A stretch of DNA of 64,000 bases from Patescibacteria group bacterium UBA3530 (GTDB lineage: Bacteria > Patescibacteriota > Minisyncoccia > Phycocordibacterales > UBA2100), in the NCBI GenBank assembly GCA_002376945.1, contig DFOX01000016.1:1620-65619 (forward strand). The letters are read 5' to 3'. Shown one piece after another: positions 40,435-48,381 of the stretch. The notes under the pieces are model-generated. The model made no database searches. It saw only the letters and a program-made list of their open reading frames with translations, and was not told the DNA's origin. The translations under genes were made by a program, and so were the position numbers. Each line of letters starts with the position of its first letter. Position 1 is the first letter of the stretch.

Positions 40435-40974
40435 ATGAAGCTTACCTTGCTAGCCGATGCAGTGCCGATCCATATTTCATTCGATCAGCGTTGCTCAATA
40501 GATATCTACACGATGTATGTTGTCAATTGTGGCAAGCCCGTTCTATTGGCGGATTATTCTGTCGAAAAGCATCTCTCAGAAGTGGAACTTTGGGTATCCG
40601 TTGGTGACACGTCCATTAAGCTGAATATGACTCGAAAAGTGGAAGCGGCGGTGTTGCATTTTCTCAAAAAGCATCATCGCATTTTCACCAGCCAATTCGG
40701 CTGCTATGAACTCGTCAGAACAATTCATTCCCTTCCGAAGCATAATAGGAGAAATGTGTCTGACTACTGGACGCCGGTGGATCGAAAACCGACTAATGGA
40801 GATGTGATTTTTTTGCTTAATCGTGGAGGTTATTTTCTCCATGCGGCGGTGAGTATGGGGAATGGCTTATATCTATCGATATTTGGCATCGAGAGCTACT
40901 TGGCACTCACCACCATGGAGCAAATGGAGAATGCATGGCAACCAGAGGTAGTTGTCACGGTCGTTCCGCGATAA
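40435..40974 (+). CDS. NlpC/P60-like papain-fold protein with no signal peptide
   Basis: 'FGCYELV' (Cys), 'LPKHNRR', and 'PTNGDVIFLLNRGGYFLHAAVSMGNGLYLS' (His) match the Cys..His core of NlpC/P60 domains. Own RBS (AGGAGGGGG) and its own terminator. Confidence 0.5.
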   Translation: MKLTLLADAVPIHISFDQRCSIDIYTMYVVNCGKPVLLADYSVEKHLSEVELWVSVGDTSIKLNMTRKVEAAVLHFLKKHHRIFTSQFGCYELVRTIHSLPKHNRRNVSDYWTPVDRKPTNGDVIFLLNRGGYFLHAAVSMGNGLYLSIFGIESYLALTTMEQMENAWQPEVVVTVVPR

Positions 40975-40985
40975 ACTGCTTTCAA

Positions 40986-41019
40986 CAAACCCCGTCCTGT
41001 GATGGGGTTTGTTCTTGTG
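40986..41019 (+). terminator. Rho-independent terminator
   Basis: CAAACCCC-gtcctgtgat-GGGGTTTG followed by TTCTTGTGT. Confidence 0.5.
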
Positions 41020-41052
41020 TGACTCTTGAATTACGTATGGAAAATTGGTTTG

Positions 41053-41124
41053 TGATCCCACGGGGAATTGAACCCCGATTTCCAGGATGAAAACCTGGTG
41101 TCCTAACCGTTAGACGATGGGACC
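41053..41124 (-). tRNA. tRNA-Glu (anticodon UUC)
   Basis: Manual fold of GGTCCCATCGTCTAACGGTTAGGACACCAGGTTTTCATCCTGGAAATCGGGGTTCAATTCCCCGTGGGATCA. Anticodon loop TTTTCAT. Confidence 0.85.
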
Positions 41125-41165
41125 TTGGTACATGATATTCTACACATTTCTCATATTTCTTCCAG

Positions 41166-41260
41166 AAAAAAACCCGCGTGAAGGGTTTGGGACGGAAGTT
41201 CTTGGGGTGACTCCAACTCTTCACGCGGGTGGGTGCCTTCCGGTCTGCCGCGGGGCACCC
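41166..41260 (-). terminator. Two tandem stem-loops ending in an intrinsic terminator downstream of murF
   Basis: On the minus strand: GGGUGCC-16 nt-GGCACCC, then CCCGCGUGAAG-35 nt-CUUCACGCGGG followed by UUUUUUU. Confidence 0.45.
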
Positions 41261-41298
41261 TACAGAAGTAATATACTCCACATCGCTTCTATATGCAA

Positions 41299-42609
41299 CT
41301 ATTTCCTCATTTTCCACTCATCATCTTGTCGGACCAATAATCTTTTTGCCTCCATTGGATCTCGTAATATTTCCTTAATCGAACGCTCTATACGAATGCC
41401 TGTTTGCGAACCCTTTCCGAGAACCACATCATGTGGTTGTAAGATTCCTCGAACAAAACGACCGGCTTCTTGCGATTTCCCCACTTCATATATATGAGTG
41501 TTATCCTTTTCAAAACCAGCTTTGTGTGCTGCTGCAGCCAAAAGATTAATGTGCTCTCCCACGAGTATCAACTCATCCACCACACCCGCTGCTTGCACCC
41601 CAGCTTTTTTGTGCGCAGTATCACTCATTGATCCGAGTTCGAGCATGTCACCCAAAATCGCTATCTTCCGCCCCGAAGTTTCCACTTTCTTAAGTGTCGC
41701 CAGTGCAGCTCTGAGTGCCGTTGGAGATGAGTTGTACGAATCATCAATGATAGTCGTATTATTGTATCCGTGTAAGATGCGCATACGTCCCGGCGAACCC
41801 TGCTCACTCGCGAGAGATTTGGCCACTGTCAATGGAGCAATCTCAAGTGCTCGTGCAACGGCAAATGTGGCCACAATGGGATACACTTGCTGTTGCCCCA
41901 AGCGACCAAAAATCCGAATAGGCATACTTGAACCCTTCTCATCAACACTGAAGCGCATTCCGACGGGTTTTCCCGTGCCATCATAGCTGATTGAAGTGCC
42001 TGATGCTGCAACATCATTGTGCGGCTCCATTCCGTAGAGTAGGACATATTCGTCTGAAAATTTTTCCTTCTCTGCAAGTACATTCTTATCATCACCATTC
42101 ATCACAAGCGTTCCATTTTTCTTAAGCGCCTTGGCAAGAAACAATTTTTCCCGAATAACTTCTTTTGGACTGGAGAAGGCCTCAACATGCACGGGAACAT
42201 CCGGAAGAGAGGTGATAACTGTAACATCCGGCTTGATCCATCGAGTGACTTTTTCGATATCACCCGGTGCATCGGCCCCAATTTCCAAAATGAGCCACTT
42301 TGGATAGTGATTCGGCAACACAATAACCGCAAGCCCTGAAAGAATATTCTTGAACCATTTGAGCGGATTGCTCCAACCTGTCTCACATCCTATGATGGTT
42401 AGCGGAATGCCGATCTCACTGTTAAAGCTCTTCTGGCTTTTCCGTATAAAGAGCGAATCTCTCAATCCGGCATAGATGGCATCTTTGGTACTGGTTTTAC
42501 CAACACTTCCGGTTACCGCAATAATGCTGGGTTTGTATTTCCACAGAATGAGCTGAGCTTCTACAGTGAGTATGCCAACCACCACGCTTTTGCATAACGC
42601 TTTTATCAT
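41299..42609 (-). CDS. murF: UDP-N-acetylmuramoyl-tripeptide--D-alanyl-D-alanine ligase
   Basis: 'IIAVTGSVGKTSTKD' Mur ligase P-loop and Mur ligase C-terminal domain. Confidence 0.9.
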   Translation of the reverse strand: MIKALCKSVVVGILTVEAQLILWKYKPSIIAVTGSVGKTSTKDAIYAGLRDSLFIRKSQKSFNSEIGIPLTIIGCETGWSNPLKWFKNILSGLAVIVLPNHYPKWLILEIGADAPGDIEKVTRWIKPDVTVITSLPDVPVHVEAFSSPKEVIREKLFLAKALKKNGTLVMNGDDKNVLAEKEKFSDEYVLLYGMEPHNDVAASGTSISYDGTGKPVGMRFSVDEKGSSMPIRIFGRLGQQQVYPIVATFAVARALEIAPLTVAKSLASEQGSPGRMRILHGYNNTTIIDDSYNSSPTALRAALATLKKVETSGRKIAILGDMLELGSMSDTAHKKAGVQAAGVVDELILVGEHINLLAAAAHKAGFEKDNTHIYEVGKSQEAGRFVRGILQPHDVVLGKGSQTGIRIERSIKEILRDPMEAKRLLVRQDDEWKMRK

Positions 42610-42648
42610 ATACCCATTATATGCCTTATTTCAACAAATGCACCATTT

Positions 42649-44370
42649 TTAGCGGTCTGGTGGAATATTGTAGTAATTGATAAGAAAATCGGTAATGTTC
42701 ACAAACGGATCAGTTAATGTCTGTGACGCATACTGCGCACCCACTGGTTCAACGTTCATGAGAAATATCAAGTATTTCGCATCGTATGCGGGGAAATAAC
42801 CAAAGAATGAATGGAGGTATCGATCATCATAGTAGCCGCCGTCGGGTGAAGCTATTTGTGCAGTTCCTGTTTTAGCGGCGATACTGTATCGTTCCTTCTT
42901 TACACTGCCACCTAAGAGTGCTTCATCAAATACGGTCACCAACATGCGCGTCACATTCTCCGCAGTTTCTGGATCGAGCACCTGCTCCCGTACATCAGAA
43001 TAGTCAATGGCGTACGTCAGTCCGTTTTTTGAACGAATGGAAGAAACCACATGCGGCTGCTCTGCAAATCCGTCCGGTAACATTGCCAGAGCACGAACCG
43101 TTGTTATCGGTGTCAGTGCAATCCCTTGACCAAAACTTGCAGTAGCATACTCAATATCACGGGGTGAATTGAGATTTTCCGTTAAATTGCGAGCCTCATT
43201 TGGCAAATCTATTCCCGTCTCTTCATGAATACCGAATCGATAGAAATACCTTCTGAAGGTATCTTTTCCCATCTTTGACACAATGTAGGCAACTCCCGTG
43301 TTAAGTGACTGTGACAAAATTTCCTGCATTGACACTACACCGCGCGCCTTGCCGTCGTAATTGGATATGGTGTAGGTATCAAGAGTGAGAGAACCTTCGT
43401 CAATATATGTACTCGCAACATCAACGGCTCCTGAATCAAGTCCTGCTGCCATTGTCAGTGGTTTTACAATCGATCCCATTTCATACACCCTCTCCACCAA
43501 TGGGTTTGCATACTGCCAACTTTCCGCCTGACTGAAGAGATTGAGATCAAACGTGGGTGATACCGCCATCGCTTGTATTGCTCCTGTCTGTGGATCCATA
43601 ATGATGCCTGCGGTGAATTTTGAATCCCACTTGTCTTGTAATTCATCCAGTGTGTCTTCTAAGAACAGTTGTACAGAAGGTTCAATTGTGGTCACAATGC
43701 TTCCCTCCTGCTTCCGCACCGGAACAAATACCACATCTCGAACGTTTGCGAACAGTTCGGCGAAGAAATTCACGTATAAATTACTCTCGCCTCTACTGAG
43801 TACATCTTCATAATATCGTTCCAATCCATAACGTCCATTTTTTTGTTCTCCATCGTAGGCGACAAATCCAACCGTATGTGCTGCGAGTGTGTTCCCCGGG
43901 TAGTAGCGCCATCGTTCAGGTATCAATAGCACCCCCGGAATTTTTTTCTTTCTAATACTTTCTGCAGTTCGCTCATCCAACTGAGTTGCAATCTCCTCAT
44001 GTGGATCACCTTTCTTGGTTGCGCGCTTCATAAAAGTATCCTTATCGATGGTGATATACTCCTCCACCATCAAGTATACCTTCTCTGGATTTTCAATCTC
44101 AGATGGTTTTAATGCGAGTATGTATCCTGTTTTGATTGTTGCTCCACTTATCTCTCTTCCCTCCTTATCCTTAAAGAAAATGCCTCCGCGATCATAGAAA
44201 CTGTTTGATGCGCGCATATATTGATCCGTTGCTCTTGCTCTGTACTCCGCCCCATGCACAATCTGCAAGAAATATAGTCGAACAACGAGGATAAGGGCGA
44301 CAAAGAAAATGACGCCCAAAATGACGCGAATGCGTAGTGTAAAATGTTGACGATTCTTTGTTGCGGACAT
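42649..44370 (-). CDS. ftsI: Penicillin-binding protein (peptidoglycan D,D-transpeptidase, FtsI-like)
   Basis: N-terminal TM anchor, dimerisation domain, transpeptidase 'SIVKP' (SxxK), and 'KTGTAQ' motifs. Confidence 0.9.
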   Translation of the reverse strand: MSATKNRQHFTLRIRVILGVIFFVALILVVRLYFLQIVHGAEYRARATDQYMRASNSFYDRGGIFFKDKEGREISGATIKTGYILALKPSEIENPEKVYLMVEEYITIDKDTFMKRATKKGDPHEEIATQLDERTAESIRKKKIPGVLLIPERWRYYPGNTLAAHTVGFVAYDGEQKNGRYGLERYYEDVLSRGESNLYVNFFAELFANVRDVVFVPVRKQEGSIVTTIEPSVQLFLEDTLDELQDKWDSKFTAGIIMDPQTGAIQAMAVSPTFDLNLFSQAESWQYANPLVERVYEMGSIVKPLTMAAGLDSGAVDVASTYIDEGSLTLDTYTISNYDGKARGVVSMQEILSQSLNTGVAYIVSKMGKDTFRRYFYRFGIHEETGIDLPNEARNLTENLNSPRDIEYATASFGQGIALTPITTVRALAMLPDGFAEQPHVVSSIRSKNGLTYAIDYSDVREQVLDPETAENVTRMLVTVFDEALLGGSVKKERYSIAAKTGTAQIASPDGGYYDDRYLHSFFGYFPAYDAKYLIFLMNVEPVGAQYASQTLTDPFVNITDFLINYYNIPPDR

Positions 44371-44375
44371 TCTTT

Positions 44376-44687
44376 CTATTGTGCATTTGCTTGACCGAGA
44401 TAGCGAGCTCGTTCCACAAAGCGCTTATGAGCGACGGTGACAAATCCCAAATCACGCGCTTTTTCTTCGGTAATTGCCGCCTTGCTCTGTAAATATGCCA
44501 CTTCCAAAGTTGCAATGCGCGAATTCACTCGCGCTGACATATCCTGAACCTCTTTGCGTTCAACAGCAAAGACGACCGCACTTGCGAGAAAGTAGATGTA
44601 TGATGCGATCAATACCACAACGAGTCCAAAAAGGAGACCGGTTACTTTCTGCTCGGCACTGCGCAGAGCCAGTGCGGTGATGTGCAT
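44376..44687 (-). CDS. ftsL: FtsL-like small bitopic cell division protein
   Basis: About 104 aa from the internal M: 'MHITALAL..', a TM helix 'LLFGLVVVLIASYIYFLASAVVF', then a coiled coil. It sits between rsmH and ftsI as in canonical division/cell-wall clusters. Confidence 0.5.
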   Translation of the reverse strand: MHITALALRSAEQKVTGLLFGLVVVLIASYIYFLASAVVFAVERKEVQDMSARVNSRIATLEVAYLQSKAAITEEKARDLGFVTVAHKRFVERARYLGQANAQ

Positions 44688-44694
44688 GTAATTC

Positions 44695-45633
44695 CTATTT
44701 TGTGTTGTTTGCATAGTGTGTGAATGTAAATGCTCGAAGTTTTGCGCTCCTTGAGCGCGGATTGTGCCCAACTTCGACAGCGGTAGCTGATAGTGGTTTT
44801 TTGATAATTCGTCTCCCCTTGCCTTCGCGCTCCCAAGCACGAAATGCATCCTTAACGAGTTTGTCTTCAAGACTGTGAAAAGTGAGAAAGGCAACACGTG
44901 CACCATTGTGAGTAATATCAGGAAGCACTGATAGGATATCCTGCAATGCGCCCAATTCATCATTCACTGCAATACGAAGTGCTTGAAAGGTTTTCGTTGC
45001 AGGATTTCGTTTGCCTTTCCGCGGTAGAACGCTCGTGATGATATCAACAAGTTCTCCCGTTGTACTGATCTCCCGATTCTTTCTCGCTTCAATAATGGCC
45101 CGAGCAATTTTGCGAGATGCTCTCTCTTCTCCCCAGCCATAAATAATGTCAGCGATATGTTCCTCATCCCACGTATTCACAATTTCTGCCGCAGTGAGTG
45201 TACTATCGTTAATGTCATCGCGAAGTGTCATGGTAAGGGGTTCGTCTCTATCGAAACTAAAACCACGACCAGAGACTTCCAGTTGATCACTACTCCAACC
45301 AAGGTCAAAAAAAGCAACGTCCACTTTTGTATTGAGATCAGCAAGTTGTGACTTCACATTTCGGAAAGTGTCGTGGATAAGCACTACCGTAGGAGATACT
45401 CCTTTTAGTTTTTTGCGAGTTCGCTCGACCGCTGCGGAATCCACATCAAAACCAATGAGTTTTCCTTTTGCGGTAAGGCGATGAGCGAATGTGTGTGCGT
45501 GACCACCCCCTCCCAATGTGCCATCGAGCACGGTGTCATCTTTCTGTATATTCAGCACCTTGAGTACTTCTTGTAAAAGAACTGGAACATGTCGGGTGTG
45601 TGTTGTCGACGTCGAGCCGCTGGAGGATTGCAT
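44695..45633 (-). CDS. rsmH: 16S rRNA (cytosine1402-N4)-methyltransferase
   Basis: 'HVPVLLQEVL', 'DGTLGGGGHA', and 'FDLGWSSDQL' RsmH/MraW motifs. Confidence 0.95.
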   Translation of the reverse strand: MQSSSGSTSTTHTRHVPVLLQEVLKVLNIQKDDTVLDGTLGGGGHAHTFAHRLTAKGKLIGFDVDSAAVERTRKKLKGVSPTVVLIHDTFRNVKSQLADLNTKVDVAFFDLGWSSDQLEVSGRGFSFDRDEPLTMTLRDDINDSTLTAAEIVNTWDEEHIADIIYGWGEERASRKIARAIIEARKNREISTTGELVDIITSVLPRKGKRNPATKTFQALRIAVNDELGALQDILSVLPDITHNGARVAFLTFHSLEDKLVKDAFRAWEREGKGRRIIKKPLSATAVEVGHNPRSRSAKLRAFTFTHYANNTK

Positions 45634-45708
45634 AATGTTGAGTGCGCATGACTATGGAAAATCCTCCAGCAACTCGATGTAAACAACGAGTCAAACGTCC
45701 TAATTAAC

Positions 45709-46143
45709 TTATAAAACTCCTATTTCGCCTAATTTCTCTGCCATGGCGTCTCCCTGTCGTTCAATGCGATCCTGATACGCTGCCCATCGTTTTTCATCCC
45801 AGATTTCGACCCTATCTGCCACTCCTGCCAAAATTACTTTCGACTGAAGCGCTGCAAATTTTTTGAGATGCTCTGGAAGCAAGATGCGACCAGCACTATC
45901 AACTGCCACTTCTGCAGCTCCAGAGAACATGAATCGGTTGAATCCACGAGTATCGGCTTGGGCAAAACTCAATTCTCGAAGTTTAGCTGCAATGTCTGCC
46001 CACTCTTTTTCCGCATAAACAAAGAGACAATTATCAAGTCCTCGTGTGACGACCAACTTCTTTCCAAGCACATGCTTAAATTTCTTTGGCAAGGTAAGTC
46101 TCTTTTTCTCGTCTAATGTGTGTGTATATTCTCCAAGAAGCAT
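45709..46143 (-). CDS. mraZ: Division/cell wall cluster transcriptional regulator MraZ
   Basis: Two MraZ repeats with DxxxR-type motifs ('LDEKKRLTLPKKF', 'VDSAGRILLPEHL'). Confidence 0.9.
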   Translation of the reverse strand: MLLGEYTHTLDEKKRLTLPKKFKHVLGKKLVVTRGLDNCLFVYAEKEWADIAAKLRELSFAQADTRGFNRFMFSGAAEVAVDSAGRILLPEHLKKFAALQSKVILAGVADRVEIWDEKRWAAYQDRIERQGDAMAEKLGEIGVL

Positions 46144-46155
46144 ATGCTATTGATT

Positions 46156-46171
46156 TCCCACTCTCTCCCAC
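46156..46171 (-). promoter_or_regulatory. Two GTGGGA repeats spaced 10 bp apart immediately upstream of mraZ (candidate MraZ operator)
   Basis: Minus strand GAGTGGGAGAGAGTGGGAAAT. A third GTGGGT lies about 31 bp further upstream. Confidence 0.4.
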
Positions 46172-46223
46172 TCAATAGTTATTTTACTACACCTTGACCC
46201 ACTTTCTTGTATTTATCCACACG

Positions 46224-46257
46224 AAACATTCCTGGTGTAAACCAGGAATGTTTTCTG
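46224..46257. terminator. Strong 12-bp hairpin between lysK and mraZ
   Basis: AAACATTCCTGG-tgtaa-ACCAGGAATGTTT then TTCTG. A perfect DnaA-box-like TTATCCACA sits 3 bp upstream (46213..46221). Confidence 0.5.
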
Positions 46258-46282
46258 TATGTCTCACTCAATTACTGGCAGA

Positions 46283-47848
46283 TTATCGCAGGGCATGTTG
46301 CAGTCTCTCGAGTACATACTCCTGGGGTAAGACGCTCAAAAACCAACCGGCTTGAGGACCTGAATCTCTACCGAGAAAAATCTGATACAGTGCGGAGAAA
46401 AATTCTTTTGGCTCTATTGCTGTTTCTGTTTTGATTGCATGGAGCTGTTTATGAAACTCCTCTCCGGTATACTGCTTATTTTCTTGCAAATACTCCACTA
46501 TCATTGTCAGCGCTCTTTTTTGTGCATCACTCAAATCGATACTGATTTCTCCGCTCTGAAGTTTAAAAACGTACCGCTCCGGTGCATACTCATTGAGCCA
46601 CAATTGTGCATACTGCACTCGCTCTTCCAACGCTGCTTTTTCCATCTCAGACAGCTCCATACCATGTTCCTCAGCTGCCACCGCAAACACATCAATGTGT
46701 GGCATTTGGCTTAAGAATGCGACTTGGGAAAATCGCATTCGATAGTATTTTTCAGGAACTTTTGAGTGATGTACGCGTTCAAATAAACGAGCGTCATCAT
46801 CTCCGGCACCGCTCCAATACTTCTCAGCTATTTCATCATAGCGATCAAAGAGTGCTGGAATTGTCGTCCCACGTACATCAAAATTAATGGCACGCATGGG
46901 CCGTGTCCCGAGCAAGGCCACTCTCAATATAGTGACGGGGAGCAATGCAGCCACATCACTCGCCAAATCACCGGCTCCCTTTGAGCTCGACATCTTGGCT
47001 CCTCCCACCAAAAAGAATTCATACGGTATATCATACGGCGGTTCATAGCCAAAAATTTCACGAGCTATGTGATTACTCACATCTCGTGCACCTCCTTTTG
47101 TAGAATGATCTTTTCCGGCACCTTCGATATCAACCCCCACAACCGCCCATTTTGCTGCCCACTCGACTTTCCAAGGAAATGTAGCGTTGCCATTGAAAGG
47201 ACTATTAGACCCTTCGTACCCACAACCACGAGAACCACCGGCTCCCCCTTCTTTCATGCACTGATACTGTACTTCGTTTCCGTCCCATCCTAGTGTTTTA
47301 GTGGTGAGTACTTTTCCGCACTTCTCGCAGATCATGTGTATAGGAAGCCATCCTTCTGGTTTTTCAGATCCGGAAACTTCTTTATAAATCGTTCGTATTC
47401 GATCCGCTCTATCAAGCGCGGTGAGTATTACGTCGTTCATATCTCCCCGAGTATACAACTCGCTCGCGCGATAATACTCGGGAGTAAAGCCGGATGCCTT
47501 GATGACATTCATAAACTCATGTGCGTATTGTTCGGCAAAATTCTTACTCTTTCCATCTGGTGCGGGCACATCTTTTAATGGCTTCCCCAAGTGTTGCGCA
47601 TACTCTCTCTCATCCAAATAACTTGGAATATCATCCATGGGATCAATGTCGTTAATCTCATACAGGAAAATGGCAGGAGTGCCGTCTTGGGACAGTAATT
47701 GTGCAATTTCATCATGAATTGCCACCCCACGAAGAGAACCTACATGAACGCGGCCACTGGCAGTTTTTTCATCGCGCACCACGAAAGGTTCCGTCTTTTT
47801 GGTAAGCGTGGTTTGTATATCTTTTCGTATCTTATCCGCCCAGAACAT
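46283..47848 (-). CDS. lysK: Lysyl-tRNA synthetase, class I (archaeal-type LysRS)
   Basis: 'SGRVHVGSLRG' (HIGH-like HVGS) and 'KMSSSKG' (KMSKS), with Zn-binding Cys ('CEKCGK', 'CMKEGGAGGSRGCGYEG'). Confidence 0.85.
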   Translation of the reverse strand: MFWADKIRKDIQTTLTKKTEPFVVRDEKTASGRVHVGSLRGVAIHDEIAQLLSQDGTPAIFLYEINDIDPMDDIPSYLDEREYAQHLGKPLKDVPAPDGKSKNFAEQYAHEFMNVIKASGFTPEYYRASELYTRGDMNDVILTALDRADRIRTIYKEVSGSEKPEGWLPIHMICEKCGKVLTTKTLGWDGNEVQYQCMKEGGAGGSRGCGYEGSNSPFNGNATFPWKVEWAAKWAVVGVDIEGAGKDHSTKGGARDVSNHIAREIFGYEPPYDIPYEFFLVGGAKMSSSKGAGDLASDVAALLPVTILRVALLGTRPMRAINFDVRGTTIPALFDRYDEIAEKYWSGAGDDDARLFERVHHSKVPEKYYRMRFSQVAFLSQMPHIDVFAVAAEEHGMELSEMEKAALEERVQYAQLWLNEYAPERYVFKLQSGEISIDLSDAQKRALTMIVEYLQENKQYTGEEFHKQLHAIKTETAIEPKEFFSALYQIFLGRDSGPQAGWFLSVLPQEYVLERLQHALR

Positions 47849-47869
47849 TGAGCAAATTGTACCTCAAAC

Positions 47870-48340
47870 TTACGAAATCTTCACCACTTTGTACTTGGCG
47901 ATGCCATTTGGTGTTTCGAACTCAAATGTCTCTCCTTTTTTCTTTGCCATCATTGCAGTACCAAGCGGTGACATATGAGAAATTTTTCGGTCACGCATAT
48001 TTGCTTCCGCTGAGCCAACAATTTCATACTCTCGCTCTTCCTTCTCTCCCACTTTTATAATGCTCACTTTCGATCCGATACTTATCTCACTCTGCTTACC
48101 TCCCTCAATTACTTGTGCATGTGCAAGCATCCCTTCGAGTTGCTTAATGCGCCCCTCAGTTGCGCCTTGAATTTCTCGAGCTTCCTGATACTCGGCATTT
48201 TCGGAGAGATCGCCCAAAGAACGTGCGTACTCGAGCTGTTCTGCAATCTCACGACGGCGCGTTGTCTTTAGATGATCCAATTCTTTGGTAAACTCATCAA
48301 ACTTTTCTTTTGTTAGGAAATTATCAGATTCTTGATTCAT
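47870..48340 (-). CDS. greA: Transcription elongation factor GreA
   Basis: 'EYARSLGDLSENAEYQEAREIQ' coiled-coil with the acidic tip DxxE, plus an FKBP-like C-terminal domain. Start at the internal M (MNQESD). Confidence 0.9.
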   Translation of the reverse strand: MNQESDNFLTKEKFDEFTKELDHLKTTRRREIAEQLEYARSLGDLSENAEYQEAREIQGATEGRIKQLEGMLAHAQVIEGGKQSEISIGSKVSIIKVGEKEEREYEIVGSAEANMRDRKISHMSPLGTAMMAKKKGETFEFETPNGIAKYKVVKIS

Positions 48341-48381
48341 GATGGCGCTATTATACGCGAGGAAATTCCAAATGAAAATAG

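Noticed and set aside
41166-41260. SRP (4.5S) RNA
   Set aside because: A GGAA-containing loop and GGUGCC stem looked suggestive. The conserved helix-8 motif (GGAAGCAGC, symmetric loop) is absent.
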